A stretch of DNA of 64,000 bases, taken from the NCBI RefSeq assembly GCF_009914755.1, contig NC_060926.1. One strand, 5' to 3'. How positions within the stretch are numbered: the stretch's first letter is position 1; the number at the start of each line of letters is the position of its first letter. The translations under genes and the position numbers were made by a program. This DNA comes from the human T2T-CHM13v2.0 reference genome, Homo sapiens. The notes below the pieces were generated by a model. The model saw only the letters and a list, made by a program, of their open reading frames with translations, searched no databases and had not been told where the DNA came from. Shown in pieces: positions 30,690 to 44,409 of the stretch.

Positions 30690-32910
30690 TGTAGGTTTCA
30701 CCCAGAGCTCCCTTAAGTACTGAAGTATTCATCCTGCCAGCTGGAAATATAACCTGCTGATGGCTCACTATTGATACATTCCCTAGGAATTGCCCTCAGC
30801 TAAAGGGAATTAGCTCTCTCAAGACTGTGCTCTTTCCTTGGTCAATGCAGGGATACAAAGCATTGGCCCTTATTTGACACAAGTCTGCAAGAGCCATCTC
30901 AGCTCCATAGTTCCCCTGAAATTGACTGAGATCTCTGTTGCAATTGCAACACAATTCAATTTCTCCCTCTGAAAAACCCTGCTTTTATTCATTCCTTCCT
31001 TCAAAAATACAGTTTCTAAGAGTACTCACCAATAAATTTCCTGTACTGTATACAAGTCACTTTTTTGAGGCTGTTTCCTAGGAAACCTGACCTAAGACCC
31101 TAAGACCATTAATGTCAGAGTGGTTACAAGAAAGCAAACTCTAAAGTGGGATTTGTAAGCTGGATTTCCCACTGGTCAGCTGGTGACAGTTGGAGTATGA
31201 ATCACCCTTGGCATGCCGCGATGGCACAATGGAAAATATTGTCACCAATGGTGAACAGAGATATTTTAAGGGAATGGGCTAGTAATGCAATATCTCGGGC
31301 ATTTGAGAAGAATTAAGAAAATAACAATTATAAAGCTGATGGAATTGCATGGGTCTTGTATAGTGCATCTATTGGAGAAAGACACTAAAAGGCTGATGGT
31401 GATAAATCACCAAAGTAAGACTCCTTTGCAGCATTTTATTTTAATTCTCATCTGCAACCAGAGAGAAGAAAAAGCTGAATATCAGGCCAAGCACAGGGCT
31501 TAATGCAAGACTATGAGAGCTCTTGGGATGGCTGAATTCTCAAACCTAGAAAGTCTGTTATGTCACAGTCAGGGTCCTGGATTGGGAGGAGTCAGATTCT
31601 GAGATTTGGCAATAGGATATGTGGGTCAACACACTGAAGAACTTCAGCTGGGCCCGGTGACTCATGCCTGTAATTCCAGCACTTTGGGAGGCTGAGACAG
31701 GAGGATTGCTTGAAGCCAGGAGTTTTAGACAAGCTTGGGCAACAATGTGAGACCCTGTCTCTACAAAAAAAATTAGCCAGGAACGGTGGCATGCACCTGT
31801 AGTCCCAGCTATTTGGGTGAGAGTATCGCTTGAGCCCAGGAGTTCAAGGCTACAGTGAGCTATGATTGTGCCACTGCCCTGTAGCCTGGGCAACAGAGTA
31901 AGACCCTGTCCTCAAAATTTAAAGGAAAAAAAAGAAATTTAAAATCTCAGGTCCATCTAAAGTCACTTGGCCTAGAGAAGTGGCCCATTCCCCCCATTAA
32001 TAGTTGGTAGTTCTCTCTTGTTGAAGATGATACCTAAGCCTCTAATTTGGAAGACAACTTAAGCCTCACTTCTGGACACCACACCAATAACTAACACTAC
32101 TCCTGATTTTTTAAAAAGATATCATACACCAAAGCACCTATAAGACCTAAACATCGGGTAGAGGCGGGATCTGAGAAAGAATGTATGGGTCTTGGTCCTG
32201 AAGATACTGTATCGAAAAAACAGAATACAAAGTTGGAAAATTTTAATGATGTGGATACACTGTCTCGTGATATTGCAATTTAATACCCTGGTAAGAACCC
32301 TGAGAAATAGTGCTGACATGGGAGACAGTTCTTAGAAATGTGGGAAGAGCAATAGCCAATGCTGGGGCAGAAATGTCAGACCTCCCTTGGCAGACAGTAG
32401 AAGAAAGCACAGAGAAGTAAGCATACTATATTGATAGACGATGTTAGCCTAGATAAGCCAATAGCTGACTATATTCTATAATATTCTCTATATCCCCTTA
32501 GGACACTCTGCTTACTAAAGTGATAAAGAATGGCCTGGTGAGAGGGTCTTACACTTTCCAAATCAGGGCCCTGAATTTGGTATTGTTGAGTAGCTCTGAG
32601 GTGGTTGTCCTCTATGGGCTGGAGGTAATAGCGGAGACAGTGTAAACCCGCTATTGCTAATAGTAATGGGGATGATTGGATCTTGAAATAATAGAGGAAA
32701 GGTGGCAGTCCTTAACTATCTAAAGCAAGGTAGGTCCAAAGTAATGAACTATAAGTCTGAAATATTAGTCAGCATAGCCTGATCTTCAGAGAATTGCGAA
32801 AAGAATAATTAGAATATGCCTCCTATACAGGTTCAAGTTACATAAATAGTCTGCAAGAGTATTTCTCAATCTGTATAATTAAAATGAATCAAGGACAGGT
32901 GATCAGGAGG
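30690..32910 (+). mobile_element. LTR16-family LTR (30690-31098) with degraded ERVL internal sequence, interrupted by an Alu
   Basis: TG start, gccatctcagctcc, caataaa signal, terminus ctgtttcctaggaaacctgacctaagac typical of LTR16; purine-rich internal region follows; right boundary approximate. Confidence 0.65.
31646..31933 (+). mobile_element. AluJ
   Basis: gaggattgcttga, gcttgagcccaggagttcaaggctacagtgagctatgat (J diagnostics). Confidence 0.88.
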
Positions 32911-33119
32911 CTCACATCTTTCAAAGAGTGCACTCAGAGTAACCACCTTTTAGGAGTATGAGGAACATAAAATGCTTGGAAGAATTCTTGGCATATAATA
33001 AGCTCTTGATAAATGTTTCCTATTATTGTAATTTCATTAGTATATCCAAGTTTGTGTTTTTCTATGGACTATATTCCATGCTGTTATATGTATTCATTAT
33101 TTTCTTAATTTTTGTATTA

Positions 33120-33253
33120 AAGTAGATGACAAATGTACTGTGGCTATATGTTAACATTAAAGCAAAGGGAAGGTTGTTCAAGAATTCTCTGTACTTTCTT
33201 TTCAACTTTTCTGTAAACCTGACTTTATTCCAAAAGAAAAAGAAAAAAAAAAA
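33120..33253 (+). mobile_element. L1M(B/C)-type 3' end fragment
   Basis: ttctctgtactttcttttcaacttttctgtaaacct followed by an A-rich tail. Confidence 0.55.
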
Positions 33254-33361
33254 GGTGACCAGTACTATTACTTTCATTTAAAAGGCAAGTTCAGTAAACC
33301 AAATCTGAAAATGAATTGAAATACACATCTCAGCAGTATAAGTAAAAGCAGATATACTTAC

Positions 33362-33415
33362 AGGAGCACCCTGTGGCCCAAGTCTCCCTCTCTCTCCTGG
33401 CATTCCCCTCGGACC
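33362..33415 (-). CDS. COL5A2: exon 16 (54 nt) GPRGMPGERGRLGPQGAP
   Basis: TAG acceptor, GTAAGT donor. Confidence 0.96.
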
Positions 33416-33908
33416 CTATAGACGATAGAGAAGAAATGTCTCTTGAAGCACCTAATTTGAAATGTAGAGTAGTCTGACTACCCCACTCAATCCAATTGAG
33501 ATTCAAGATAATTGGCCACCAAGCAGTAGTATTTCCAGGGGCAATGTTGGGTTTGAAAAACTATCCCCATGTGGAGATAAATAACCTATCACCTCTTACA
33601 TAAATAGATTTCACTTAACCTGGCTTTAATGGGCTAAATCTGCGATAATCTTGATTTGATCACTGAGTATAGAAAAAGAATAAGGGCATTCAACCGTTAA
33701 GAGAAACAGTGAAATGTGGGAAACCTTTTCTGTTAGAAGGGCTCAACTCTCCTGTGCTTGTCTATCAGCTGGTAATCAAGATTATTTTACTAGCCAACAT
33801 ATGTTGTCCATTTATTTTTATTTTTCATTTAAAAATTCTCTTGTTGTAATCTAAAAGGCAAGGAAATATAACCTTAGAAATTTAAGAAACAAGAAAACGA
33901 GCACATAC

Positions 33909-33953
33909 CAGAGGACCCATGGCACCCATTGGACCAGTGGGGCCAGCTTCACC
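33909..33953 (-). CDS. COL5A2: exon 15 (45 nt) GEAGPTGPMGAMGPL
   Basis: TAG acceptor, GTATGT donor. Confidence 0.96.
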
Positions 33954-34823
33954 CTAAAAAAAAATGAGAATACATTACAGTATGAGAAGCCTACAACCGA
34001 TACATCACTTTGTTCTGTGTGTGTAATTTTAAAAGCATATTTTCAAAGAGGACATATGAAAGATGTACTTTTGATATAGGATCTCAGAATGTTGTTTTAT
34101 TACCTCTTCTCAAAATGCAATAGTAGTGTAGTTTTAAAGAAATACATCTAAAATAATATTGGGGACTTAAGATTGACGGAAACTATCATACCTAGCCACA
34201 GTAACTAGTCTCAGGAAAGGACTTATCTGGCTATGTCTGATACGTCTCAAGTAAAACTTTACAAAGCTAAAATTGATTGTAACACTATCTTAAGATCTAT
34301 TCTAGGAGACTTAGAAATAAAAAAAATTTTAAAGCCAAATGATTTTCCACATTAGGTCATGATGCTTTCCACTAGAAATTCCTTTATACTTCCTTGATGT
34401 TTTTTCTCCCTGTAGAAATACAAATAAATTTTGAGAAGAAACAATGAGGAGAAGGTCTTGGTATTAAAGGGGTACTCAATAATGGGACTAATGAACTATC
34501 TAAACCTTTCAGATATTTTTTAAAAAGAAAAATGAATGATTGTATTTTAAAAGATAGATTCATAGTGCCATCTTCATATGAAGACAACACTCATCCTACA
34601 CTGGCAGACACCCAGTGCTATGGAGGCTATTCTTGGAGGCATATCAAGTCATGTCATGGTAAAGCCATTGCCACTCATCTTTGAAAAATTATGTTTATTT
34701 ACCTAACCATTTGTTTGTAGCCCTCTCTCCTGCTGAATTAAGGTGGTTCTGAAAAATGTGTAAACATTTGAAGCAAAACTAAGATGCCAAAGTGAGGTTA
34801 CAGTGAGATAATTATAAGATTAC

Positions 34824-34877
34824 CTTGGAACCAGGTGCTCCAACTTCACCTTTAGGGCCTTCAAGACCTTTGTGTCC
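34824..34877 (-). CDS. COL5A2: exon 14 (54 nt) GHKGLEGPKGEVGAPGSK
   Basis: CAG acceptor, AAG|GTAATC donor. Confidence 0.96.
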
Positions 34878-35835
34878 CTGAGAATAAAAATGTAAATTTG
34901 TATTTGTATCCTGTTTTTTTCAATCCTCAAAGGCATAAGAACCAAAAATAAGCTTGCAGAAATTGCCTTATAAAAATGAATATCAAATTTAAAGTTGTTG
35001 CTCAAAATACTTTCAAATTCTCAAACTTTTCTGAAAGCTTATTCAAGGAAAATTAGAGTTTTCACCTTTAAATAACATTTTCAGCTTGCAGTGTTCTCAC
35101 CCTTCAAACACTTGTGACTTCATAGAAATTTAATCTGTAGCTACAAATAAAAACCTTACAGTGGCTTTAGAGGAAACACATAACTACAGAGTTCATATTG
35201 TTATAAAATATCATTTGTATTCAAGGTGAATGTTCAAAATACTTAATAATGAGTATAGCAGCAGACATCTTAATCAAAATCTCAACTACTCAAAACAGAG
35301 GCCAGTGTATATTGATTGAATATCACTATTTGATATTATGATAGTTAGATAGATGATAGATTCTACATATGTAAACAATATATAATAGTTACATCGTAAT
35401 TATCTTCAGTAATAAGGAAGGCATTCTATTGCTTTCCAAGTCTAGGTAGACTGGGTCCCTTCTGTGACCTAGTACTCTCTATCTCTACCATGTCACCTAT
35501 TACACTATACAGGAATTGCCTACCTTTTCATCCATATCCCCCATTAGCCTGAAGCTTCAGGCTAGAGATTTTTCTCATTCATCACTGTACCCTCTTTTGT
35601 AGCATAGTGTCCAGTACATAGTAAGAATTCAAAATATATTTCTTTATCAAATCAAATTAAACTCAAAGGAAATGTATTAAAAAATTGTGATTTCAGTAAC
35701 CACAGATGAATACTGCAACCATAGACAGTTAAGGACAATTGACAAATTGACTTGTAAAGATTTTGAAGGTAAATCTCCCCAGAGCCTGTTCACTAAACCA
35801 CAGTATCTGAGAGGATTACAATAGATTGAACTTAC

Positions 35836-35889
35836 TCGGTGACCCTTCAGACCTGGAAGACCAGGAGCCCCAGGAAATCCACGAGCTCC
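35836..35889 (-). CDS. COL5A2: exon 13 (54 nt) GARGFPGAPGLPGLKGHR; contains helical cross-link Lys87 (KGHR)
   Basis: CAG acceptor, GTAAGT donor; counting from GSV places the Lys at helix position 87. Confidence 0.96.
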
Positions 35890-38829
35890 CTGGGAGGAAA
35901 ACATAGATAGGGCATTTTACAGTCATTAATAAGGATGCAAAATTCCTTAATATATCATTTTTTCCCAAAAAATAGCTAGTACACAGTTTTCCAGCAACAT
36001 ATTAAGAAGAACAAAAAAAAGCAGTATACTTTTATCTGTCAAAATATATCTGGGTGATCAAAATTAGCAAAGTAAATATGCTATTAGAAATGGAAACATG
36101 ACTTATACAAGGATACAAAGTAATGCCAGGTATTGAGTTCATGACATTTTGAATTTTTCACATGATATCACTGTGTTATAATTAGTAGTGAAAACAAAAC
36201 AAGAACATAAGCATGAATCAATATGTCCAACATGAGAATTGACTATACCAAGGTAGAAAAAAAATATTCAGGAGAGAAATTCAAGATAAAATATCCTTTT
36301 CCTTCTTTATTGTGCTTTATTTATGGTACACGATTAAATGTCTTTGTAGCAAACCAATGTCTTTATTTTCTATGAATTTCTGAATATTGGCAGCAGAATA
36401 TGATGGGAAGAACAGTATTATAATGTGGTCAGGAATTTTTAAAATAAATTGTTTAGAAAAAAACTTTGTGGATTTATGATTATTTAAAAAACTAAATGAA
36501 TAAACAAAATATCCAACAGAAAAGAAAGTCAAGAAATATGAGAATGCTTGGTTTCTTGACTAAATAATTACTTAATTTCTGCAAATTCTATGTAGCTTTC
36601 ACCTAAACACATTAAATAAAAAACAATAGAAATACCATAGAAAATCAAATCCAGTGGTACAACTATTTTGAAATGATGCTTGAAACTTTTTCCTTATACT
36701 GTCTTAAAAGATACTAAGCTAATGACTTAATTATTTACTTATTATTATGGCCTATATTAATTTGATTTTGCATTGAATTGCCATTACCACTGCCGCCAGT
36801 ATATTGAGCACCTTGATAGCATTGATTGATGTGATCACTTATTGATTATTATTCTTAATTTATGTATAGCTGGCACTTAGCCTTATGTTTGGTTAATGGA
36901 CATTCAATGAATAATCACTGGATAAACAACTAAATAAAGAAATGGTTTGATATTTCTTACTCTCATAGCACTTTAACCTTTCCTAAGGAATTTCTCTTGG
37001 CCTAGCATGATCTTATACAGATAAAAAATCCTTCTGCTCTGCAAATCATAGGTTTCATTCACTATTTCTAAATGGTTGAATAAGCAACTCAATGGATGAA
37101 ATTCATATAACAAAATCAAAGCAATAATTCGTCTGTGACCTCTTGAAAGAAAATTATTTCTTTAGTGTTTTAGAGGGTTATCACAGTAGGGGTAAAACAA
37201 ATCATGCTCTCTGAACAAATGAAGTCCCATTAATTCTTCTGTTTACACAACCCCGCTCAAGAATTCTTTCACATCAAGAACTCCCTTTAAGTGTTCAACT
37301 TAATGCCTCATTTTACAGAGATTTGTCTCCTCTCCATCCTTAGCAGGCAACTTAGTGCAGACCCGTCTAAGCCTATAGGGGAATTGCTGAGCTATGTTAT
37401 TTCAAATAATTAGTTAACTTCAGTTTTTATGGTCTGCAAGAGAAATTCTCATGTGATTACATATCCCTAATGTAACAAGAAAATGAACCAGATGTCCTAA
37501 TGCTCATAAAAATTCTCATTCTGCTGACCCAGGACTGTCATTACAGTGCAATCACACATTGCACTGAGCTTGCACAGTGCATCTGTGGTGTGCTGGCAGG
37601 GCACCCTTCCTCCCCATGGAGGGCCCACACTGTGAGCATGAGCAAGAGTGCAGCAGGACATGGGAAGTTCAAACCTGGATGGGTTGAAAAGGACATCTGT
37701 GCTAATGACTAAACCTCATGTCTCTGTCTGCATTTATTTCCCAGGCTGATCGAGGAGGAAAGAAAGCAGGGAGTTGGGAAATTGGTTTATATTTGCAACC
37801 AAATAATCCTTTGAGCCTTGCAAATTTCCCTTAAAAGATAAGGGAGCATTCATTTGTTTAAAACATTTCCTAGCATTGAACCTCATCAATTTTCAGAAAG
37901 TAAACAGAAAGTAATGTGGTACTGTTGATTGTATTGAGTGGCAGAAACATAAGGAAATTATAGGAAACATAATAAATGGGAGAGTGAATGTTTAGGGGCT
38001 GTTGAGCAGGAGAAACCCAAGAAGTAGGAATGTTTGAAGAGGACTTTTGCTTGCTTATCATACTCTAATTTTCCCCATGGCCAGCGTAACACATTCTAGA
38101 AGAGGGCCTAGCAAAGCAATTTGAGTGACAAGAGACAGGTGGGTTCAGAGAACGGCAAAGGGGCCAGGTCTTGGATTCTGGTGGAGTAGTTGCCAGGAGT
38201 CTATTCTTTTAGGGAGCCAAAGGGGAAGAAAACAGCTATGTTAGGAGAGCTGGAAATCAGTGTAAATTGTCATGATTTTAGGACCCAGAACATTAATCAA
38301 GAATTTCAGCCAAAATTAGGGTTTGGGGAGCAGCCAAAGAAGCATCCCATCCATAATTTACTGTCTCTAGTTGATAAAAAACAAGGTAACAAGCTTTTCT
38401 TCAAGCTATTATTTAGACATATGTGACAATATAAAGTAAAAATATTAAAAAGATTTTAAAGAGCTAAAATAGGATTGAAGTGTGAATTGTAAACAGGTCA
38501 AGCTGGTAACTCATTTTATGAAAAAAAAAAAACTATTTTTTTCTGAATTTTCTGAGGATTTGAAACTCAGTTTGGAGAGCATTCATGTTATGTTCAATAT
38601 ACTTCTCTAGCTCCAGAAGGCTTATTTATGGTGCCAATGCAAAGCAGACAACTGGAGTTAACAATCACTCTGGCAAAACGTCCTGTGACATTTTACATTT
38701 TTACGGAAACAAACAATGCTGTTTGTCTCCATTTACTTAGTGCCTGATACATGTGCATACAGAGAATTGTGATTTAATTCAATGTTCTTTATTTTTCAAA
38801 GTTTGCCTTTATGTTGAGTATAAACTTAC

Positions 38830-38883
38830 CGGAGATCCTGCAAATCCCACTTCACCAGGATTTCCATTTCTGCCAGGTTCACC
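38830..38883 (-). CDS. COL5A2: exon 12 (54 nt) GEPGRNGNPGEVGFAGSP
   Basis: AAG acceptor, GTAAGT donor. Confidence 0.95.
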
Positions 38884-40005
38884 CTTTATGGAAAAAAATG
38901 TAGGAGATTGGGAAGGCAAAAGTGATTAAAAGGTTCTTCTCTGAAACTAAATGATAAATAAATTACTAATAAAACAGTCTTCTTTAGAAAGCTAATGTAC
39001 AATTCTCTAAACAGTGCAAAAAATAAAGTAAAAATAGGCTCTATTCCTTATATTCCTGATAGTACTCCATTCTATCAAGTTAGTCTGTGGCTTTCATTAA
39101 TTTACCCAGAAGAATAAATTGTTGAAAATTTTCTTGGTCTGATGTAGCTCACTATTTTATGAACATCAAAATTTATACACATAAACATACATGTATGCTA
39201 TAGGATATATACTATAGAATTCTATATGATCACATGACACTGAATTAAAGTATTGCTTCTTAAAATACTACTTTCCATTTCTTTCCTGTGGTTAAAAAGA
39301 AAAGACTACCAGAAATATGTGCTCTATGTCCAAATTCAATGTAACCTGTTTAAATAAATCTTATGACTCATAAAGAGAAAATATTTATTAATACTTGGTT
39401 TAGTATCATATAGAAATTAATGGCCTACCCATAATTTGATCCTCAACTTTGGTACAACTAAGAATCTAGAAATGTAAGTCTGCTATTGCACACTGTTCTC
39501 TGATTACATGTTCTTAATGTTAAAATCTGGAGTTGGGTCTTAACTTTAATTAAAAATCCAATTGAAGAAATCATTTTTTCATCATTGGGGAGCCATATTG
39601 GCACTATACTACTAACACGTTTTAAAAATTCCTTTTAAATAAGACCTCATAATGATGTATTGCCATCAGAGCAACATATTTTTTCTTTCAGGTAATTTCA
39701 GTGGTTCCACTAGGAAAAGTTGTTGCTACTGTGACAACAAGCCTAGCATCTAATGGAGAAATCTTAACAAAAACCCAGGGAATTCAGGAAGAGACAGTAG
39801 TACCTAATAACATAATACTACGCAAATTAAGAGCCCTTTTAGATATTTGTAAAATTCCATTCTGAGTGCTCCTGTTTACATTGAATTTAATGCAAGCTAA
39901 AAGGGTGGGGAAATGTAATGGAAATTAATACAGAACATTCTTGTTAACATTTTAACCCCTTCGCCTCTTCAAAACCTGAATGGAAAATGAGGAAAGGTAG
40001 CTTAC

Positions 40006-40059
40006 ATCTTCCCCAGGTTTACCAGGAGGGCCCTCTGGTCCACGTGAACCAATCGGACC
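40006..40059 (-). CDS. COL5A2: exon 11 (54 nt) GPIGSRGPEGPPGKPGED
   Basis: TAG acceptor, GTAAGC donor. Confidence 0.96.
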
Positions 40060-40564
40060 CTAATAACAGAACAAAACAAAAGGAAAAAAAGAATATTTAC
40101 CTTTACTTGCCAGTAATACAATTCAAAACATTATTGAGACAAATGAAATGTCAAACTATTATTGAAACAAATGAAAATGATAAATATTGTTGAGACAGAG
40201 AAAATAGTTTTATTAAAGTTTTGAATTTTATGTTGCATCCCCAGATCATGTGCTCAACAAGAAGTATAATTGCACAAAAGCAAATCGCTCAGCACTGTCT
40301 AATGATCATAATCTTTGAATGTAAATATTCTTTGAATTTTTAAATTTAAATTTAAATAAATAAATTTAAATAGTCTTTGAATTTAAATATTCTGCTATGA
40401 GAAACATATAGCTTAAGAACAGTTCATAGAACAGGACTCCCAAACTGGATTGTTATTTCTTCCTACATTAGGGAGGACCTGGGAAGATAAATAACTCAAT
40501 ATTTGACATCATTATAATGGTGGACCCAAATGTAACTGGGTCTACATGCTTACTTGACATTTAC

Positions 40565-40618
40565 CATTGGTCCAGGATCACCAGGTTCACCAGGAGGTCC
40601 TGTAGGTCCTGCACCACC
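40565..40618 (-). CDS. COL5A2: exon 10 (54 nt) GGAGPTGPPGEPGDPGPM
   Basis: TAG acceptor, GTAAAT donor. Confidence 0.96.
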
Positions 40619-40704
40619 CTACAGTTGAAAACAAAGTATATATACAAACCAAGGAAAAATAGAATATTAAACCCTGTACTCTGTCAATATACAGTGTAAT
40701 TGTT

Positions 40705-40945
40705 TAGACAGTTGGCTCTGCCATCTTCCAGCTGTGTGACTTTGGGCAAGTTACTTAATCTGTCTGTAACTGTTTCCTAATGTGTAAAATCAGAATAATA
40801 TTGGTACTTACTTTATTAGGCTGTTATGGCTGCTGAAGTAATTAATGTATGTTAAGAACCTAGAATAGTGCTGGCACAGTGTGTGAGTGCTCCATCAATG
40901 GTAGTTCTCCTCATCAACATCATCATCATCACCATCATCAACCAC
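40705..40945 (+). mobile_element. MIR with (CAT)n tail
   Basis: ggctctgcca...gctgtgtgactttgggcaagttacttaatct...tgtaaaat...ataata. Confidence 0.8.
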
Positions 40946-41571
40946 ATTTTCTAGTCACTGATAGCTTGAAGTAAAACTCCACACACATGACAATGACAAT
41001 GTGGTAACCTTGACTGAACTAAAGGTTATTTTCATTCTTTCTTTTAAAATATTATTTCCTGATGCCTGTTAAATTGCTATAATAAATAAAAATAGTTCTA
41101 CATCACTATTTTACTGGCATCTGATAGGCATTTTAAAAGCATATTGTATTATATTCTTCCTAAAGATCCCATGGAACAAACATCTTGATTCTTATTTCTA
41201 ATAATACTACACGGGGATTGCCTCCTATGATCTGATTTCATAGCTTCAGAGTTGGCATATAACCAATTGTGAACATTTTCATGACATAACATAATGAATT
41301 TCTTACTTCAGATGCAAAGTCATGTAATTTTGTTATCGAAGGTCAGTCACATAAAGAAATCAGATGATAAAAATTTATCCCAATAAACTTTGCAAAGACA
41401 TGTGGCATATATTTCTAAATAAAAACTATTTAATATATCCTGTTTGAAGTGAGCATTACAATATAAAATTTTAAAACCAGCCAAAAGCAGTCATGTCACA
41501 GAGACCTTATGTAATATATGTGTGTGTGTATGTTTTTCTTACAGCATGTAATTAATTATAAAGAGACTTAC

Positions 41572-41616
41572 TTGCTGTCCTTGTAAACCCTGTGGTCCCC
41601 TTGGGCCAACAGGACC
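41572..41616 (-). CDS. COL5A2: exon 9 (45 nt) GPVGPRGPQGLQGQQ
   Basis: AAG acceptor, GTAAGT donor. Confidence 0.95.
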
Positions 41617-42313
41617 CTTAAAAACAAATGAGGAGAAACGTTGCAAAGTACTCATGACAATTAGGTCAAATATTTCAAAAATGTTGAATCATCTCTAGAA
41701 TCTGGAAAAGTGAAGTTTTGACAAAGGGGGATGATGACATTCTCCATCTGTACTCATTTGGAAGGCAGCTAAATTCAAGGAGATTAAAGCTTGGACAACA
41801 TTTGGGATGATTTTATACATAACTTCAGTGTTATAAAGAGAAATGAGCCATATGTCTGTACACACCCAATGTCTTTAGAACAAGAACACTTGCATGTTTA
41901 ATGGATGGTTCTGTTAAGTAAGAACATCCGAATAAAGAAAAATCTTGGCTGACATAAGTTAGTTCTCAAACTTCCTATTTAATTCTTCAGATTCACAGCA
42001 GATAATTCTTATAACTTAAATAAGTTGAATTAAAGGTTTATGAAACATCAACAATAATGACTAGATTATATTAAATGTGAGTTGAAAACGATTTGGGGCA
42101 CTGAGTTTCCTGGGTGATTTCTTTCTTTCACAACATAGATTGAAACTATCCACACAGGCTTTCCTCATTTAAACATGAAATCGTTCCACTGAGGCATAAC
42201 AAAAGGAAGAAAACAAAAATGCGATTTTAGAACATTTATTATTATATGTATATTACTATTTTTTAAATATCATACTTTAAAAAGTAAAATAAATTAAAAT
42301 CAAATTTATTCTT

Positions 42314-42612
42314 TTTGGATTTTTTTTTAGACGGAGTCTCCCTCTGTCACCCAGGCTGGAGTGCAGTGGCGCGACCTGGGCTCACTGCAAGCTCCACCTC
42401 CCGGGTTCACGCCTCAGCCTCCCAAGTAGCTGGGACTACAGGCGCCTGCCACCATGCCCGGCTAATTGTTTTGTATTTTTTTTTTTTTTTTTTTAGTAGG
42501 GACAGGGTTTCATCGTGTTAGCCAGAATGGTCTCAATCTCCTGACCTTGTGATCCGTCTGCCATGGCCTCCCAAAGTGCTGGGAGAACAGGCGTGAGCCA
42601 CCGTGCCTGGCC
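42314..42612 (-). mobile_element. Alu, AluY-like
   Basis: gcaagctcc, gttagccag diagnostics; perfect 18-bp TSD aaaatcaaatttattctt (42296-42313, 42613-42630); short internal deletion and expanded mid T tract. Confidence 0.92.
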
Positions 42613-43520
42613 AAAATCAAATTTATTCTTATGGCAAGATTTTAATTTTTTATTTTGAATGGAACATATAGTAAGAAAAGCTCCATTTAAAAAAAACCAC
42701 ACATATGTAATTTAAACTCCAAATGGATAAAAACATGCAACTCAAAAAAAAATTCCCAAAAGAATCACTAAATGATGCCATATTACTAGTAACTTTAAAA
42801 ATATACAAATAATATTTAAAATGCTCACAACGCTGGCCTTAAGGATGGATAGAAGGGGTGGTTATCTATGAGGTCTGATTTTGCACTTCTTATTGCCTGA
42901 AATGCTATTAACCTGGAATTATTTTGAACTATGCTATGAGCAATAAAACATGGGAGAGTTGGTTTTAAAAGTGTTAATTTATTCAATAAAATTGGATTGC
43001 TCCAAATATCCAGGAAAAAAATGGGAGTCTTTCTGATGTTGAAGAAATTCAAAAGAGGGTAAGAATATTGAGAAGACTCAGCCAGGAAACCATAGAGCTG
43101 TTGGAATAAGGCAGCCAGAGGATATTAAGTAGAAAATAATAAAAATGAAAATAGCAAAACATCTCATTTCAAAATTTTACCAAACCACTGTTTCTAAGAG
43201 CACCATAAAATAGTTCTGCTTTTTATTTATAAAGGTTTAGGTTTTACTATTGTGGCTGTGGTTATATGTCTTAAACTCCTTTATTTTCTTCCAATATTAA
43301 ATAAAATGTACAGATAGACCTTTATTAATGTCAGCACTTTGCATAATTATGAATGAAACACACTGGGCTTTTAACTGGCATACAGTAGAGTAAATAAGTT
43401 AATTAAATGAATGAATGAATGAATGAATGTACGACTGTGTTTAAGAAGATGCATGTTATTCTTTGACTAGTTAACTCAAGATTCTCTTTTTAAAATAATT
43501 TTTTTCACTGAAGTACTTCA

Positions 43521-43736
<216 letters not shown>

Positions 43737-44409
43737 TCATTCTAAGTGCTTGACTTTAAAGCCTGGAAAAAGACTTAAGTTGCTTTGATTGTTTGTGCTT
43801 TTTATTGACCATTCTTTCCCAGAGTATTGTATAAGTATGTTGCTCCAGAGCAGTTTCTGAAACAGGGCAAATGTCTGATACTTGATAAAAGCATGGATTG
43901 TTCTGATAAGCACTAGCCAGTCTAATTGATTGCAGGTTTAAGTCTCTTTAACTGATTTCTTCCCACAGTTAGAGATGCCAAACATCTAAACAAAGCCTAA
44001 AAGATGCCTTTAAAACATTTGTCCTAAAGATTCCAGATTCCATTTTGGACTGTTTTTGGATGATATTCTTTCTTTGTTCAATGCCCAGTAAACTTTAAAT
44101 TACATTTATGTAAGTTGATAACACTTTTATAGTCCTTTTAATGAATCCCTGAATGTTCCAAGTTTGGAAACAGTTTGACCTACTCTCTTTCACAATTAAA
44201 AAACCCTAGTAATCAAACTGACCAAAATTGTTCATATACATTTTAGTAGTCACATTAGTTTCCAAATTTTGTTAGGAAAGAATGTGTGTACTGTTTATAA
44301 ATAAATTGGCAATTTATTCTACAATCTGTTGAGAAAAATGTGTATGAACTCTTGTAAAGCAAAAATCATATTCAGGCTTCATATGTTTCCTTGTTAAGGT
44401 CTCAATCTA

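Noticed and set aside
37544-37581. Nested inverted repeats cagtgcaat-cacac-attgcactg resembling a miR-130 seed hairpin
   Set aside because: The stem is only 9 bp and there is no match beyond the seed, so it is not a pre-miRNA.
38884-41619. AAG acceptors at exons 9 and 12
   Set aside because: Less common than YAG but canonical, with adequate pyrimidine tracts.
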